DNA of 58,577 nt from Tortispora ganteri (lineage: Eukaryota). Below, one piece after another: positions 32,401-44,100 of this stretch. Made by a program: the position numbers and the translations under genes. Position 1 is the stretch's first letter; each line of letters opens with the position of its first letter. A model generated the notes under the pieces. That model saw nothing but the letters and a program-made list of their open reading frames with translations, searched no databases and was not told the DNA's origin. Location: NCBI GenBank assembly GCA_003707115.1, contig PPNB01000026.1, positions 1 through 58,577 on the forward strand, read 5' to 3'.

Positions 32401-33370
32401 CAAGGTCCTTCAAAATATTTAGAAGAAGCTAATTTATTACTTAATTATTTATTTAAGGGAAAAAATGAAAAATTAATAAAAGATCAATTTAGTTTAAAAT
32501 ATATTAATAAAGATATGAGATTTATTTATAAATATAAGGATAAAGGATATTCTGTATCATTACCCTTTAAGACAAAGCCTAAAATTAAGTATTTTTATTA
32601 TTCAACCTATAAAGATAATACTTTAATAGCAGCTAAATATTATAGAGATATAAGAATTAAAAATTGATTAAAAAGTATAAATATTATATTGTTGCATTAT
32701 AATTTATAAGTTATAATGAAAAAAGAGGTGAATTACAAAGATATCTAAGGTTTAATTATTTATAAAAATATAAATATATATATTAAACTATGACAATTTG
32801 TAGCGAAGCTTATTTGAGATACTAATATTAAGATTAATTTTTTTAATATAATAATTAGAATAAGAACGTTCAACGACTAATAAGTGAGTTTTAAAGTATC
32901 AACAATAATCTTAACACGAGTGCCTCTCAATATTATAGTTATATAACTATTATTGATGACATAGTCTGATCCATAATGAAAATTATGGAAATAAATTTTA
33001 AATGAATTTATGATAACACAAATGAGTACCTGAATTCTATCTTTTACCTTTCTATGCTATACTTAGAAGTATACCAGATAGATTATTAGGAGTTGTAGCT
33101 ATGGCTGGAGCTATTCTTATATATCTTGCTTTACCTATCTTAGATAGAAGTATTGTTAGAGGTAACCAATTTAGAATTTTAAGCCAATTAACTTTCTGGA
33201 TATTTGTATGTAATTTTATAGGTTTAGGACATATAGGAGAATTACATGTTGAAGCTCCATTCATTACTTTAGGACAAGTATTAACTGCATATTACTTTGG
33301 ACATTTCTTTATTATTTTACCATTTGTTACATCATTAGAAAATGTATTATTCGAATTAAATCAAGAATAA
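29442..33370 (+). CDS. cob: apocytochrome b (exons 29442-29870, 31073-31449, 33025-33370)
   Basis: [38 protein letters not shown]; exons total 1152 nt in frame. Confidence 0.97.
29871..31072 (+). mobile_element. cob intron 1, group I, immediately after codon G143 (nt 429)
   Basis: Exon ends GGT; core GCGACAGACTG...GTACAGTCG; terminal G. Confidence 0.9.
29962..30705 (+). CDS. degenerate LAGLIDADG protein
   Basis: [25 protein letters not shown] and C-terminal PSMYYKLG, typical of this family. Confidence 0.8.
   Translation: MKKTLTKNDLNRILKENNLYTVFTRPNVRSYKRIGPHNKCVLDFMFGSLLGYSKIRNYNDVGYKLKIYNQHRHASYFDFPVDFLIKHGYFIRTNSIFDMNVHSRMNKYNKPYIYLEINLKAISSLCWLYDMFYIEDDHKILPNNNDLDLYLTPFALAILFMNNGYKYHSGFRLKTSHFTCEENVRLSNFLNAKYNLTTNVIYSRNQDDIQTCTIYISYKTVELFKELISPYLHPSMYYKLGIEDKKE
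31450..33024 (+). mobile_element. cob intron 2, group I, with its ORF apparently in the P1 loop
   Basis: Exon ends TCAAT; candidate guide TATTGTTG near 32687; core GAACGTTCAACGACTA...ATAGTCTGATCC; terminal G. Confidence 0.88.
31477..32709 (+). CDS. degenerate LAGLIDADG protein with a C-terminal extension (about 410 aa, TGA=Trp)
   Basis: Motifs [10 protein letters not shown] and [10 protein letters not shown]; no TAA or TAG until 32707. Confidence 0.75.
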
Positions 33371-33487
33371 TATTAATAATTTTTCTAATTATTGATGTGT
33401 AGTTAAATAATTAAAGATATATTTTCATTTATTTATAAATAGTTAATTTCACTTATTATTAGTCCGATAATTATTGGATTTTAATTT

Positions 33488-33637
33488 TAGATTATAATTA
33501 GGAAAGTCTAATAACAAATTAATAAGAATTAATTAATGGTACTTTAAAGAAAATAATTATTGAAAATTAATAATCCATAAACTTATATTTTAGCAAAGAT
33601 AAATAAATTTATACTAAATTTAGCTTACTATAATCTA
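33488..33637 (+). ncRNA. rnpB: probable minimal RNase P RNA
   Basis: CR-I-like AGGAAAGTC at about 33500, CR-V-like ACTAAATTTAGCTTA at about 33613, closing helix TAGATTATA/TATAATCTA. Confidence 0.7.
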
Positions 33638-33839
33638 CTAAAGGCAGGTTCAATAATTATCGGTAGATTTTATGTAATGATAATTATTATTATATATATT
33701 GAGATAAATAATATTAATATATAATCTTATATATATATAAATTAATTAATATATTATTAATAATTAAATTATTATTAATAATAATATAAGACTATTATGA
33801 ATGTAATAGGAAACAAGAAAGATCTGAAATAAAAAAATT

Positions 33840-34643
33840 ATGAATTTAATAAATAGAGCAAAATTTCAACCTCATCCCTTTCATTTAGTGGATGCATCTC
33901 CATGGCCTATAGTTGTATCATTTTCAATGTTAGGATTAGGATTAGGTGCAGCATTAGCCTTTCATGGTTATGCCCCTAGTTATTATATAACATTAGGATT
34001 AATAGTATTAACAGCATCAATATTATTTTGGTTAAGAGATGTAGTATCAGAAGCTACTTACTTAGGAGATCATACTAAAGCTGTACAAAAAGGTATAAAT
34101 TTAGGATTTTTATTCTTTATTTTATCAGAAGCTTTTGCTTTTGCTGGAGTATTTTGGGCATATTTCCATTCTGCTTTATCTCCAACTATTGAAATAGTAT
34201 CTTGGCCTCCTTTAGGTATAGATTCTATAGGTCCACTTGGATTACCTTTATTAAATACTATGCTATTATTATCTTCGGGAGCTTTTGTAACTTATAGTCA
34301 TCATGGATTAATTAATGGTGATAGAAAAGCTGCTCTTATTGGATTAATATTTACTATCGTTTTAGCTAGTATTTTTACTGCTTGTCAAGGATTAGAATAT
34401 TATAATGCAACTTTCACTATTGCTGATTCAGTTTATGGATCTGTTTTCTATGCTGGTACTGGATTACATGGATTACATGTTATGTTAGGTACTATGATGC
34501 TTACTGCTGCCTTATGGAGAATTTATTCTTATCACTTAACTGATACTCATCATGTTGGATATGAAACTAGTATTTTATATTGGCATTTTGTTGATTTAGT
34601 TTGGTTATTCTTATATATTGTATTCTATTATTGGGGTAGTTAA
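33840..34643 (+). CDS. cox3: cytochrome c oxidase subunit 3
   Basis: HPFHLVDASPWP, WPPLGI, TGLHGLHV and YWHFVD motifs. Confidence 0.98.
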   Translation: MNLINRAKFQPHPFHLVDASPWPIVVSFSMLGLGLGAALAFHGYAPSYYITLGLIVLTASILFWLRDVVSEATYLGDHTKAVQKGINLGFLFFILSEAFAFAGVFWAYFHSALSPTIEIVSWPPLGIDSIGPLGLPLLNTMLLLSSGAFVTYSHHGLINGDRKAALIGLIFTIVLASIFTACQGLEYYNATFTIADSVYGSVFYAGTGLHGLHVMLGTMMLTAALWRIYSYHLTDTHHVGYETSILYWHFVDLVWLFLYIVFYYWGS

Positions 34644-35779
34644 TATATAATTTAGCATACATTTTCACTTATTTTTAGTACACATATATATAATTAATAT
34701 ATTATAATTATAATTTTACTTTTAAGTAAAAAACAAAAGAATATTAATTATTATCATTAATAAATATATTGACTATTGGCCTCCATTGATAGGATTAAAA
34801 TTTATTATATTAGGTCATTAAGGTCGGCCAATTTTAACTTTAAACTTTAAACTTTAAACTTTAAACTTTAAACTAATTGTATAATATTTCATAGTAAATC
34901 ATAAATATTATAGTAAATATTAGATAATAAATATAAATATTTTAGAATAAATAGAAAGTAAACAAAAAAAAATTAAGATAAATAAATTGAATAATATTAT
35001 GCAATTAGTTTAATGAAGCTAGATAAATAAATTTAGATTAAACTAAAAGCTATAATTAATTAATAAATTTAGGTTAAATATATATATAAAGATATAAATT
35101 TGTATAATATTAGCTTTTATTTTTAAGATTTACTAACATATTGCTAATATTATAGGTAAATCTTAAAAATATATTGTTATATAATCCCTAAATAAAGTTT
35201 ATAAGTTTAATTAAATATTATATATAATTTATATAAGTTCATAGTTAATTAAATATATCTTGGTTATTTTAATATAAATAAATAGCTTTATGAAATAATT
35301 AATAACATTTATAGTTATAATTTATTATAAACATTAAATAGATATAAATTAATCATAATAAAAGATATAAATTATAATAATAGATAAAAAATTTAATAAT
35401 AATAATAATCTAATCTAAAATATAAATTATAATAATAAAAGATATAAAAGCTATTAGATAATAATATTTATTTAATAATAATAATTTAATTATAAAATAT
35501 ATATATTTAAGATTATTTGGATTAAAGATATTATATAATAATAAGATTATTAAAGTTTTATTAAGTTAAATATTAAGATAACAAATCTTAAATTAATCTA
35601 GTAATTATAGTACGGGCCCTAAAACACTGTGGCTTATATTAATTTAACCTAAGAGTGGCCCGTACATTATAGAATAGTATATATAAGATATATATTCTTA
35701 AGATTAGATATATAAGTTTATATATAGATATAATAATATAATAGATACTAAAAATAAGTGATAATTATTGTAATAAGAT

Positions 35780-36037
<258 letters not shown>

Positions 36038-36160
36038 TTAATTATTATTCAATTATTTTAGAGTTGATTACTCTATATATTTCTTTTTATAATAATTAAA
36101 TTAAATATTATTATTATATATATAAAATAATTAATGCATAAGAATAATTTATGCTTATAA

Positions 36161-36231
36161 TGGAGATAATGGGAATTGAACCCATAAACTCAACTTGCAA
36201 AGTTGACATTATACCATTTAATTATATCCCC
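36161..36231 (-). tRNA. trnA: tRNA-Ala(UGC)
   Basis: TCAAC-tttgcaa-GTTGA. Confidence 0.9.
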
Positions 36232-36271
36232 TTAATAAAAATAAAAAATAAAATATCAAAGATAAATATAT

Positions 36272-36343
36272 CGTCGCTAACTGGAATCGAACCAATATAG
36301 TGATATTAACAGTATCATGCTTTAACCATTAAGCTATAGTGAC
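36272..36343 (-). tRNA. trnN: tRNA-Asn(GUU)
   Basis: TGATA-ctgttaa-TATCA. Confidence 0.9.
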
Positions 36344-36356
36344 AATAATAATTATA

Positions 36357-36427
36357 AGTTTAATAATGGGTTCGAACCAATATATATCACACATGAAATG
36401 ATTGTTTTACCATTAAACTAATTAAAC
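36357..36427 (-). tRNA. tRNA with CAU anticodon (third copy; probably AUA-reading Ile, otherwise Met)
   Basis: ATCAT-ttcatgt-GTGAT. Confidence 0.75.
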
Positions 36428-36444
36428 AATAAATTATATAGATA

Positions 36445-36516
36445 TAGGAATTGTAAGATTTGAACTTACGACCTATTGTGTGTAAAACAAGTGCTCTACC
36501 ACTGAGCTAAATTCCT
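36445..36516 (-). tRNA. trnV: tRNA-Val(UAC)
   Basis: Loop TTTACAC. Confidence 0.9.
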
Positions 36517-36559
36517 AATTATAAAAATATTAATTTTGTATATTATATATTATATTTTA

Positions 36560-36643
36560 TACCTGTAAAGGGATTTGAACCCTTACACCATTAGTGGTAA
36601 TCTCTTTTAAGGAGATCTTGTCTACCCGTTCCAACATACAGGC
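36560..36643 (-). tRNA. trnL: tRNA-Leu(UAA)
   Basis: ATCTC-cttaaaa-GAGAT; long variable arm. Confidence 0.9.
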
Positions 36644-36666
36644 AAGTATTTAATCATTTAGATTTG

Positions 36667-36737
36667 TAAGACTACAAGGAATTGAACCTCAATAGGTTTA
36701 TTATGAGTAAACTGCTTTACCATTAAGCTATAGTCTC
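36667..36737 (-). tRNA. trnM: tRNA-Met(CAU), probably elongator
   Basis: GTTTA-ctcataa-TAAAC. Confidence 0.85.
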
Positions 36738-36742
36738 AAAAA

Positions 36743-36816
36743 GCGCGAAAGCAGGATTTGAACCTACAATAATAAGTCATGAGCTTATAGTGTTAACCAT
36801 TTACTACCATTTCGCT
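36743..36816 (-). tRNA. trnM: tRNA-Met(CAU), probably initiator
   Basis: ATAAG-ctcatga-CTTAT; unpaired first acceptor position. Confidence 0.82.
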
Positions 36817-36849
36817 AATTATTTTTTTATATTAATATTATTAATATAT

Positions 36850-36921
36850 TAACCTTAATCGGAATTGAACCGATATTTTCGGGATGAAGATCCGATGTCT
36901 TAACCGTTGGACTATAAGGTC
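36850..36921 (-). tRNA. trnE: tRNA-Glu(UUC)
   Basis: Acceptor GACCTTA and loop TCTTCAT, as in yeast mitochondrial tRNA-Glu. Confidence 0.88.
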
Positions 36922-36935
36922 AAAGATAAATTTTA

Positions 36936-37007
36936 TGTTAGATTAAGGACTTGAACCTTAATTTTTTGATTACAAAACAAACACTTTACCAATTAAGTTA
37001 ATCTAAC
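36936..37007 (-). tRNA. trnT: tRNA-Thr(UGU)
   Basis: Loop TTTGTAA. Confidence 0.88.
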
Positions 37008-37464
37008 TAAGAAATTACATGTATCAATGAAATTATTTAGTTTAATATATTTAGTATAATTATTGTAGTAATTACCTATAATATTATTATATATATATAT
37101 ATAAAGATATATCTATATTGAAGATAAATATGTAATAGTCTAATTACAATATTAAATGTTATCCATTAAATTACTTCAAACTTAAGATGCCTTCAGTATT
37201 TATTAAACTTAACGTAGCTAAAAAAACCAGAGGTTAATGGTTATTATTCCTTTCGTACAAAACAACCTATTAATATTAACATTATTAAGTATAGAGGATA
37301 GAAACCATACTGTCTCACGACGTATTGAACTCAGCTCACGTTACTTTTTAATGGACGAACAGTCCAACCCTTCCTAGCTTTTGCAACCAGGAGGACAAGT
37401 AGAGCCAACATCGAGGTGCCAAACTGTGTAGCCAATATGTACTCTCTTACACAATCAGCCTGTT

Positions 37465-37837
37465 CATTTTTGTTATCATATATTCATTTAAAATATATTT
37501 CCATATATTATACCTACTCTATATGGATCAGACTATTTCATCATTATTTATCAAATCTAATATAAATAATATGTTATTTAATAATTAAAGCATATTATTA
37601 AATTAAATAAATTTTGATATTAAATGTCGGGCGCTCTTGTTGAGATTATTGTTGATATATACTCACTCATTAGTCGTTGAACGTTCTTATTACTTTTATA
37701 TTTATATCTTCATAAGCTTCGCTGCAGATTATCCTGGATATAATTAATTAATTAATTATATATAATTAGGAGGATTTCCCTGACAATTCACCCGATTTTC
37801 CTTATTAATTTTTATAATAAGGGGACTAACAGAATTA
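37465..37837 (-). mobile_element. rnl ORF-less group I intron at L2449 (omega site)
   Basis: Interrupts TAGGGAT/AACAGG; P1 GGGAU/GUCCC; P10 CUGUU/AACAG; terminal G. Confidence 0.93.
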
Positions 37838-38490
37838 ATCCCTAGCGTAACTTTGATCCATTGATCAAATATCCTATCTATCAGTATATTTTGATCACTA
37901 TACTAAACTTACGTTTCTATTAGACTTGTTAGTCAAATAGTTAAAACATGGTTATTCTATTATTATTCATAAAATTTACATATTGAATTAAATTATTTTT
38001 TGTGATTTTGGTTTATTCATTGATTCAATGATTCAATAATTGATTCATTGAGTGATTTATTTTTTTGTCTATTCTATCTTTTCATCGATTTCTCGAAGGT
38101 TTATTTTTTTATTATTTAATGTTTTTCTTAGTGATTAATTATCATTATAGATTTAATGATTAATTATAATATATATATTAATATATTGATTGATTGATTA
38201 ATTTATTAATTTAATTAATTATTTAATATGTTGCAAGCATATTTATACCATATTTTGATTTTTCTAGATTTACTAATTATCAGTAAATTAGATAAATTCA
38301 GTTATTTTTTATGAATTTGGCGCCCCACCAAAACTACCTATTAAAAATTGTCTATTTAATTATAAAAATTAATTAAGTTAAATATAAAATAATAAATAAG
38401 TGTTTCACTATTAATTAATCATTTACTTAATACTCTAAATTATTATTAATATTTAACGATTTTTAACTATAGTAAAGCTGCATAGGGTCT

Positions 38491-39166
38491 GTTGTGATAG
38501 GTATGCCCTCTCAAGCTTTCCCCCACTAAGAACCGTACGTGCAACTTTCATCGCATACGGCTCACAATATATTTTTTACAATATATCGATGTATAAGTCA
38601 GCCATCTTTCAATGTAGTACATGTTTATAAATATATTTTATTTATATTATACCTATTTAAATTTATTACCAATTTAACTTTCGCTTTTTATACAATCCTT
38701 TACCCTCTTATCTATATAAATAATTACTTATTTACTTCCTTAAATTAATAATATATTAAAAATTTAAGGTAATAATAGGGCTTACGGTGGTCATTCTTAT
38801 CATATAAATTACCCTTAGAATCCTTCTATACACCGGCTATTATATGAACTTATCATATTAAATGACGAGAAGACTTAATATTCAAATAGCAATAAATAAT
38901 TATAATAATAATTATTTGTAAGGTTAACGATGCTTCAACCGAAGATTCACTTTCGTTATTCATAGGTAATATAAAATCAATTTATACAATATTATTTATA
39001 ATAAATAATATCTTTTTCATAGCCTTAATACAAATTAATTACTCAAAATGCATCCTATATAGATTTCAAGAAGATAAGTATTCAAGTTATTAATAATAAA
39101 TTATATAAAAAATAATTAATTTATATAATATTAATAATAAAATACGATAAGACTCACACCTCAAAC
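38491..39166 (-). mobile_element. rnl ORF-less group II intron (L2059 site)
   Basis: Domain V GAGCCGTATGCGATGAAAGTTGCACGTACGGTTC; ends AAC; removal restores GGACGAGA/AGACCCTATGCAGC. Confidence 0.88.
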
Positions 39167-41169
39167 TCTCGTCCACCTATACTAATGTAGTATCTTCACT
39201 ACAACTAAAATTTCACTGGCTCTATTGTTGTGACAGTTGATGGATCATTTCGTCATTCATGCGGGACTTCAATTATAAGCCAAGGAATTTCGCTACCTTA
39301 GGACCCTCAGAATAAGGCCGCCATTTTATCGGGGATTACTTTAAACGTCATTTTAAACATTTAATATTACCCAGCCGTAATTGGGCAGAGTTCACACCTT
39401 ATACTATGAATTGCTTCTTTGCAAAGTGCTGTGTTTTTGGTAAACAGTTGCCCATCTTAGTTAACTTATTTCACATTATAGATGAAATATATTTTATGTT
39501 AACATTTTTGCCGAGTTCCATAACAATAGTTGTGCCATTCACCTTAGTTTACTAAACTAACATACCTGTGTCGGATTTCATGACAGTCTTTTATTATTGA
39601 TCTTTTATTTATTTGATTTTTATCAATAACTTATTCACACATCAATTATTCTTTTCAGAATATTATCTTAGTGACCGTTTTTTCATTTAACAACCTTATG
39701 TTTTAGGTGAAAAGGATTTTACCTTTTTTTCGTTACTCATGTTAGCATTATCAATCTCATATTATCAATTTTATTATTATATTATTGGTAATACAATATA
39801 ATTTAGATTTTTAATGAGTGTTGAGGTACCAATAAATAAATAAATTATTTATTACAAAATATCAGTAATATTCTTAGATCCGTTATATTTTAGACGCATA
39901 AAATATTATTATTAAATATCAGTGCCTTGTTACAGGTTCATTAAAAGGAAGCTATTGCTAAGCCAACTAACTGATTGATTTATATTAAATACTTTCTTAA
40001 TTTCACTTAGATTTTATTAATTAATTTATTAGATTAATTAATGAATATATTTTGGAACTTTAATTTTGTTCTTGGTTGTTTCCATTTTGACTAACTACCT
40101 TATCACAATTAGTCCGAGTATTAAACAATATACTTATATTACTTCCGAGATTAATTATTAAAGGTAAAAATCGTTAAATTCCCCCTTTAAATATTCAGTG
40201 CTGTACTAATTATAAGCTAAATTTAACCCTATACTAAAATATATTTCCCTCAAAACCAGCTAATTGTTAGTCAGATTTGTCTTTCACTTACTTAACTACA
40301 CTCATTGGATACTATTGCGACAGTAACCCATTCGGTCATAAATATTATTAGCATATTTATACCTGGTGTAACTAAGATCACTAACTTTCGGGTCTAATAT
40401 TAGTTACTTAAATTTTTACATTCTCATTTCATCTTTGAAATTCGCAACTAATATTAACTTGCTAACTCATTATGCAAAAGGCAATAATTCTTACTTATTT
40501 CATCATTATACCTTATAGAATTACTAATCTTATAATTTCCTTCACAGTACTTGTAGCTTTATTAACAATATTTAGCCTTAGAGATAGATTGTCCCTGTTT
40601 TCTACTATTTAGTATACTTAGTGGCTATTATGATTTCAATCGCCTTTACTTTCATAATCTCGGTTTGATTTTTTTTCCTTGAGTTACTAAGATGATTCAA
40701 TTCACTCAGTTTTCTTATTATTATTAAATATTTATTTAATAATTTATTTCCTTTTCAGGATAGGTATGAATAACTTTTTTATTAATTATTATTCATTTAA
40801 CCTTCTTGTTATAAGCTATTATAATTATAATAATCCCTTTAAAACTAAATAATTAGTTTCATTGATACTACCAATATAACATTTTAGATATTTAAATAAT
40901 ATAAGCATATTAGGTTATATAAATTAAAACAATAATAATAGATTTTATTTATACGGGCCACGCTTAGGAATTATAGATTTAGCCTAGGAGTTACAGGGCC
41001 CGTATCAGAATTTGATTTAAATTATAATTAGTCATTTGCGTTTAACTATTCTTATTAATTATTATTTATTATTATAATATTTTATTAATATTTATAAATA
41101 ATATAGATATAATTTTAGGTTAATTTTAGGTTAATTTTAGAAGATTTTGTGGTATAAATTATTAATACT

Positions 41170-44100
41170 TTTTAGGGGTTAAAGACCTAATTTAAAAAAT
41201 CGTAAATTCCCTAAGGGGGTAGCCTTACAAAAAGTTGCATTTTTGACTAAATGTAAATATTGCGAAAGATATTCGGGCTAGAAGCATACTTTTTAGTATT
41301 TTTATACTTAGCTATTTTTAAAAATTATATCATTTATTTTAATACATTATAGGTGCTATAGACATAAATTGGTATAAAGTACACTTTTTACACCTTTTTT
41401 ACACTTTTTTTTACACTTTTTTAATTAATTTTTTTTTATTTATAGATATTTAAAATTTTTAACTAATAATAAATATTAAAATATAGAATATATAGAATTA
41501 AAATTTAAGATAATAAAAACCATAAAGAGGTGGTAAATAATCAGATGTCCGGGAAGATTTTTACGCTTTGGCCGGAAGGTATAACTTTAGAATATTTAAC
41601 TTTATATATAAATATAATAAACTAATAGTTAATTAATGAGAAATATATAATTAAAAATAAAATTAAAATAACATTTTTTTTTTTAGGATTTTATAATTAA
41701 ATTATCTTTATAAAAATTATGATGGAAGTTAGTAGAAAATTTTAATAAAATTACGTATAAGAATTTTCAAAATTCCAGGGGTAAAATGGATAAGTTGGGT
41801 AGATTATAGGTTTAGAAAGCTATTTTTGGATAGCTGAAAAATCACGTTTTCGTTACTTTTGGAACTTTTTGTAACTTTTTTATTTTTAATAAAATATATT
41901 CAAAATATTACATGAGTTAAGTAAATTAATATTTATTAGTTATTTTTTAACATTATAGGGTTATAAGGGGTAATTTATAGATAAAGCTAAATTTAAAATA
42001 GCATTTAGAGACTAATTATAGACATTATTTTAAATAGAAAAATGAATTTAAAATAGAACTGTATAAGTAGTATTGGGGAGCAATTAAAACAAAAGATTAT
42101 TATTAGTGAGTATCTTTATTCAAAGATATTCGGGTCCAGACCCCTATTTTTAATTTTACTAATTTTTTTTATGCAAATTTTGTGCATTTTTTTACACTTT
42201 TTACATTATTTTCACATTATTTGACTCTTTTTTACATAAATTTAATAATTTATTTGTAAGTTTTATATTTAATTTGTAATATTATAATAAAATATATATA
42301 TATTAATAAATAAAAATATATTATAAACAATATTTAATATTTAATATTTAATAAAAAAAATATTAATATAATTTTAATTAGTTTAATATTTATAATATCT
42401 AAAAATAAATCTATTTAATTAGTTAGTTAACAATAGATTATATAAATATAAAAAAAATAATTTAATTTTTACTTTAAATAAATAACTATGAGATAATAAT
42501 ATTATAATAATTATCTATATTAAATTATATATATTTAGTATATTTTAACTAAATTAATTTAAATAATAGTTACAAATTATTTGCAAACATTTTAGGTATT
42601 TAAGCTATAATTATTCAACTATAAAAATCTCTAAGGGGGTAGCCTTACAAAAAGTACGATTTTTAGCTAAATGTAAATATTGCTAAAGATTATCGGTTTA
42701 GAAAGGTAATTTTATGGTAGTTTTTGATAATTTAGTTATTAGATAAATATCAATTATTCTTAAAGATTATAGGTTATAAAGCTATAATTTGATATAAAAT
42801 GCACTTTTTAACACTTTTTACACTTTTTTTTGTGTATTTTGATTGAAAGTTTATTATTTATATAAATTTTTAATTTTTAGTTAATAATAAATATTTAGAT
42901 ATAAAATATAGAGAATTAAATATTAAGATGATTAAGAAATATAAAGAGGGGGAAACCAATCAAATGTCCGGGAAGATTTTTACGCTTTGGCCGGAAGGTA
43001 AAGTAAGCAATAACTAAATAAATATTAAATATACTTTTGGTTTAATTTAATATAAATTAATTTAATTTAGATTTATTTACTTTATAAATTTTCTTAATTA
43101 AATAATAATAGTTAAGGTAAATTTTAATAATAATAATTAAGATAAATTTAAATTATAATAGTTAAGATAAATTTAAATTATAATAGTTAAGATAAAATTT
43201 AATAATAATAATAATTAAGATAAATTTAATCAACTAATGGTTAATTAATTATACATCAAAAATAGTCAAATTTTAATAAAATTACATGGTGGAATTTTCA
43301 AAATTCCAGGGGTAAAATAGAGGTTTAGGGTAGATATTAGGTCTAGGAAGCTATTTTTGATGAGTTAAAAAATCCCATTTTCGTTACTTTTAGAACTTTT
43401 TTAAACTTTTTTATTTTTAATAAAATATCTTCATAATATTACAAGGTTTAACTAAATTAAAATAGATAAGTTATTTTTCAACATTATCGGGTTATAAGGG
43501 GTAATTTATAGCTAAAGCTAAATTTAGAATAGCATTTAGAGAGTAATTATAGACCTTTAATTAAAGAGAATTTTGATTTTAAAAAAGAACTGTATAAGTA
43601 GTATTGGGGAGCAATTAAAACAAAAGATTATTATTAGTGAGTATCTTTATTCAAAGATATTCGGTCCCAGACCCTCTTTTTTAATATTGCTTAAAAAAAC
43701 TTACACTTTTTTTGCACTTTTTTGCACTTTTTTACATCGTTTTTACATTATTTTGATACTTTTTGACATAAATAGCCAAATTTATTTGTAATTTTTATGT
43801 AATTTTTATATTTATAAAATTTATTAATCTAAATATTTTATTAAACTATTTAATCATCTTAGTATAATTTTATTTAACATATTATTAATAATCTAAATAT
43901 CTATAAATTAGAAATGATAAATATATATTAAATATATTTTTAACTAAATTAATAAAATATTATTATTAAATAGCTGAATTTTTAAATAAAATAATTTAAG
44001 TAATATTTGTCAATTATTTTAAAACATTTTATAGGTTAAAGCTATTATTATAAAAAAGTAAAAATCTCTAAGGGGGTAGCCTTACAAAAAGTATGATTTT

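Larger units (their letters stand above)
37020..40800 (-). rRNA. rnl: large subunit rRNA with two introns (ends approximate)
   Basis: Minus strand: TAAGGTAGCGAAATTCCTTG, GACGAGA/AGACCCTATG, CTAGGGAT/AACAGG, GGCACCTCGATGT, GTGAGCTGAGTT. Confidence 0.95.

Noticed and set aside
36850..36921. Possible tRNA-Trp(UCA) reading of the CTTCA loop
   Set aside because: The stem register places UUC at positions 34-36 and the body matches mitochondrial tRNA-Glu, which would otherwise be missing.
43573..43791. 72-aa ORF inside a B element
   Set aside because: It starts at TTG, resembles no protein I recognise, and the ORF track shows no equivalent in the other six B copies.
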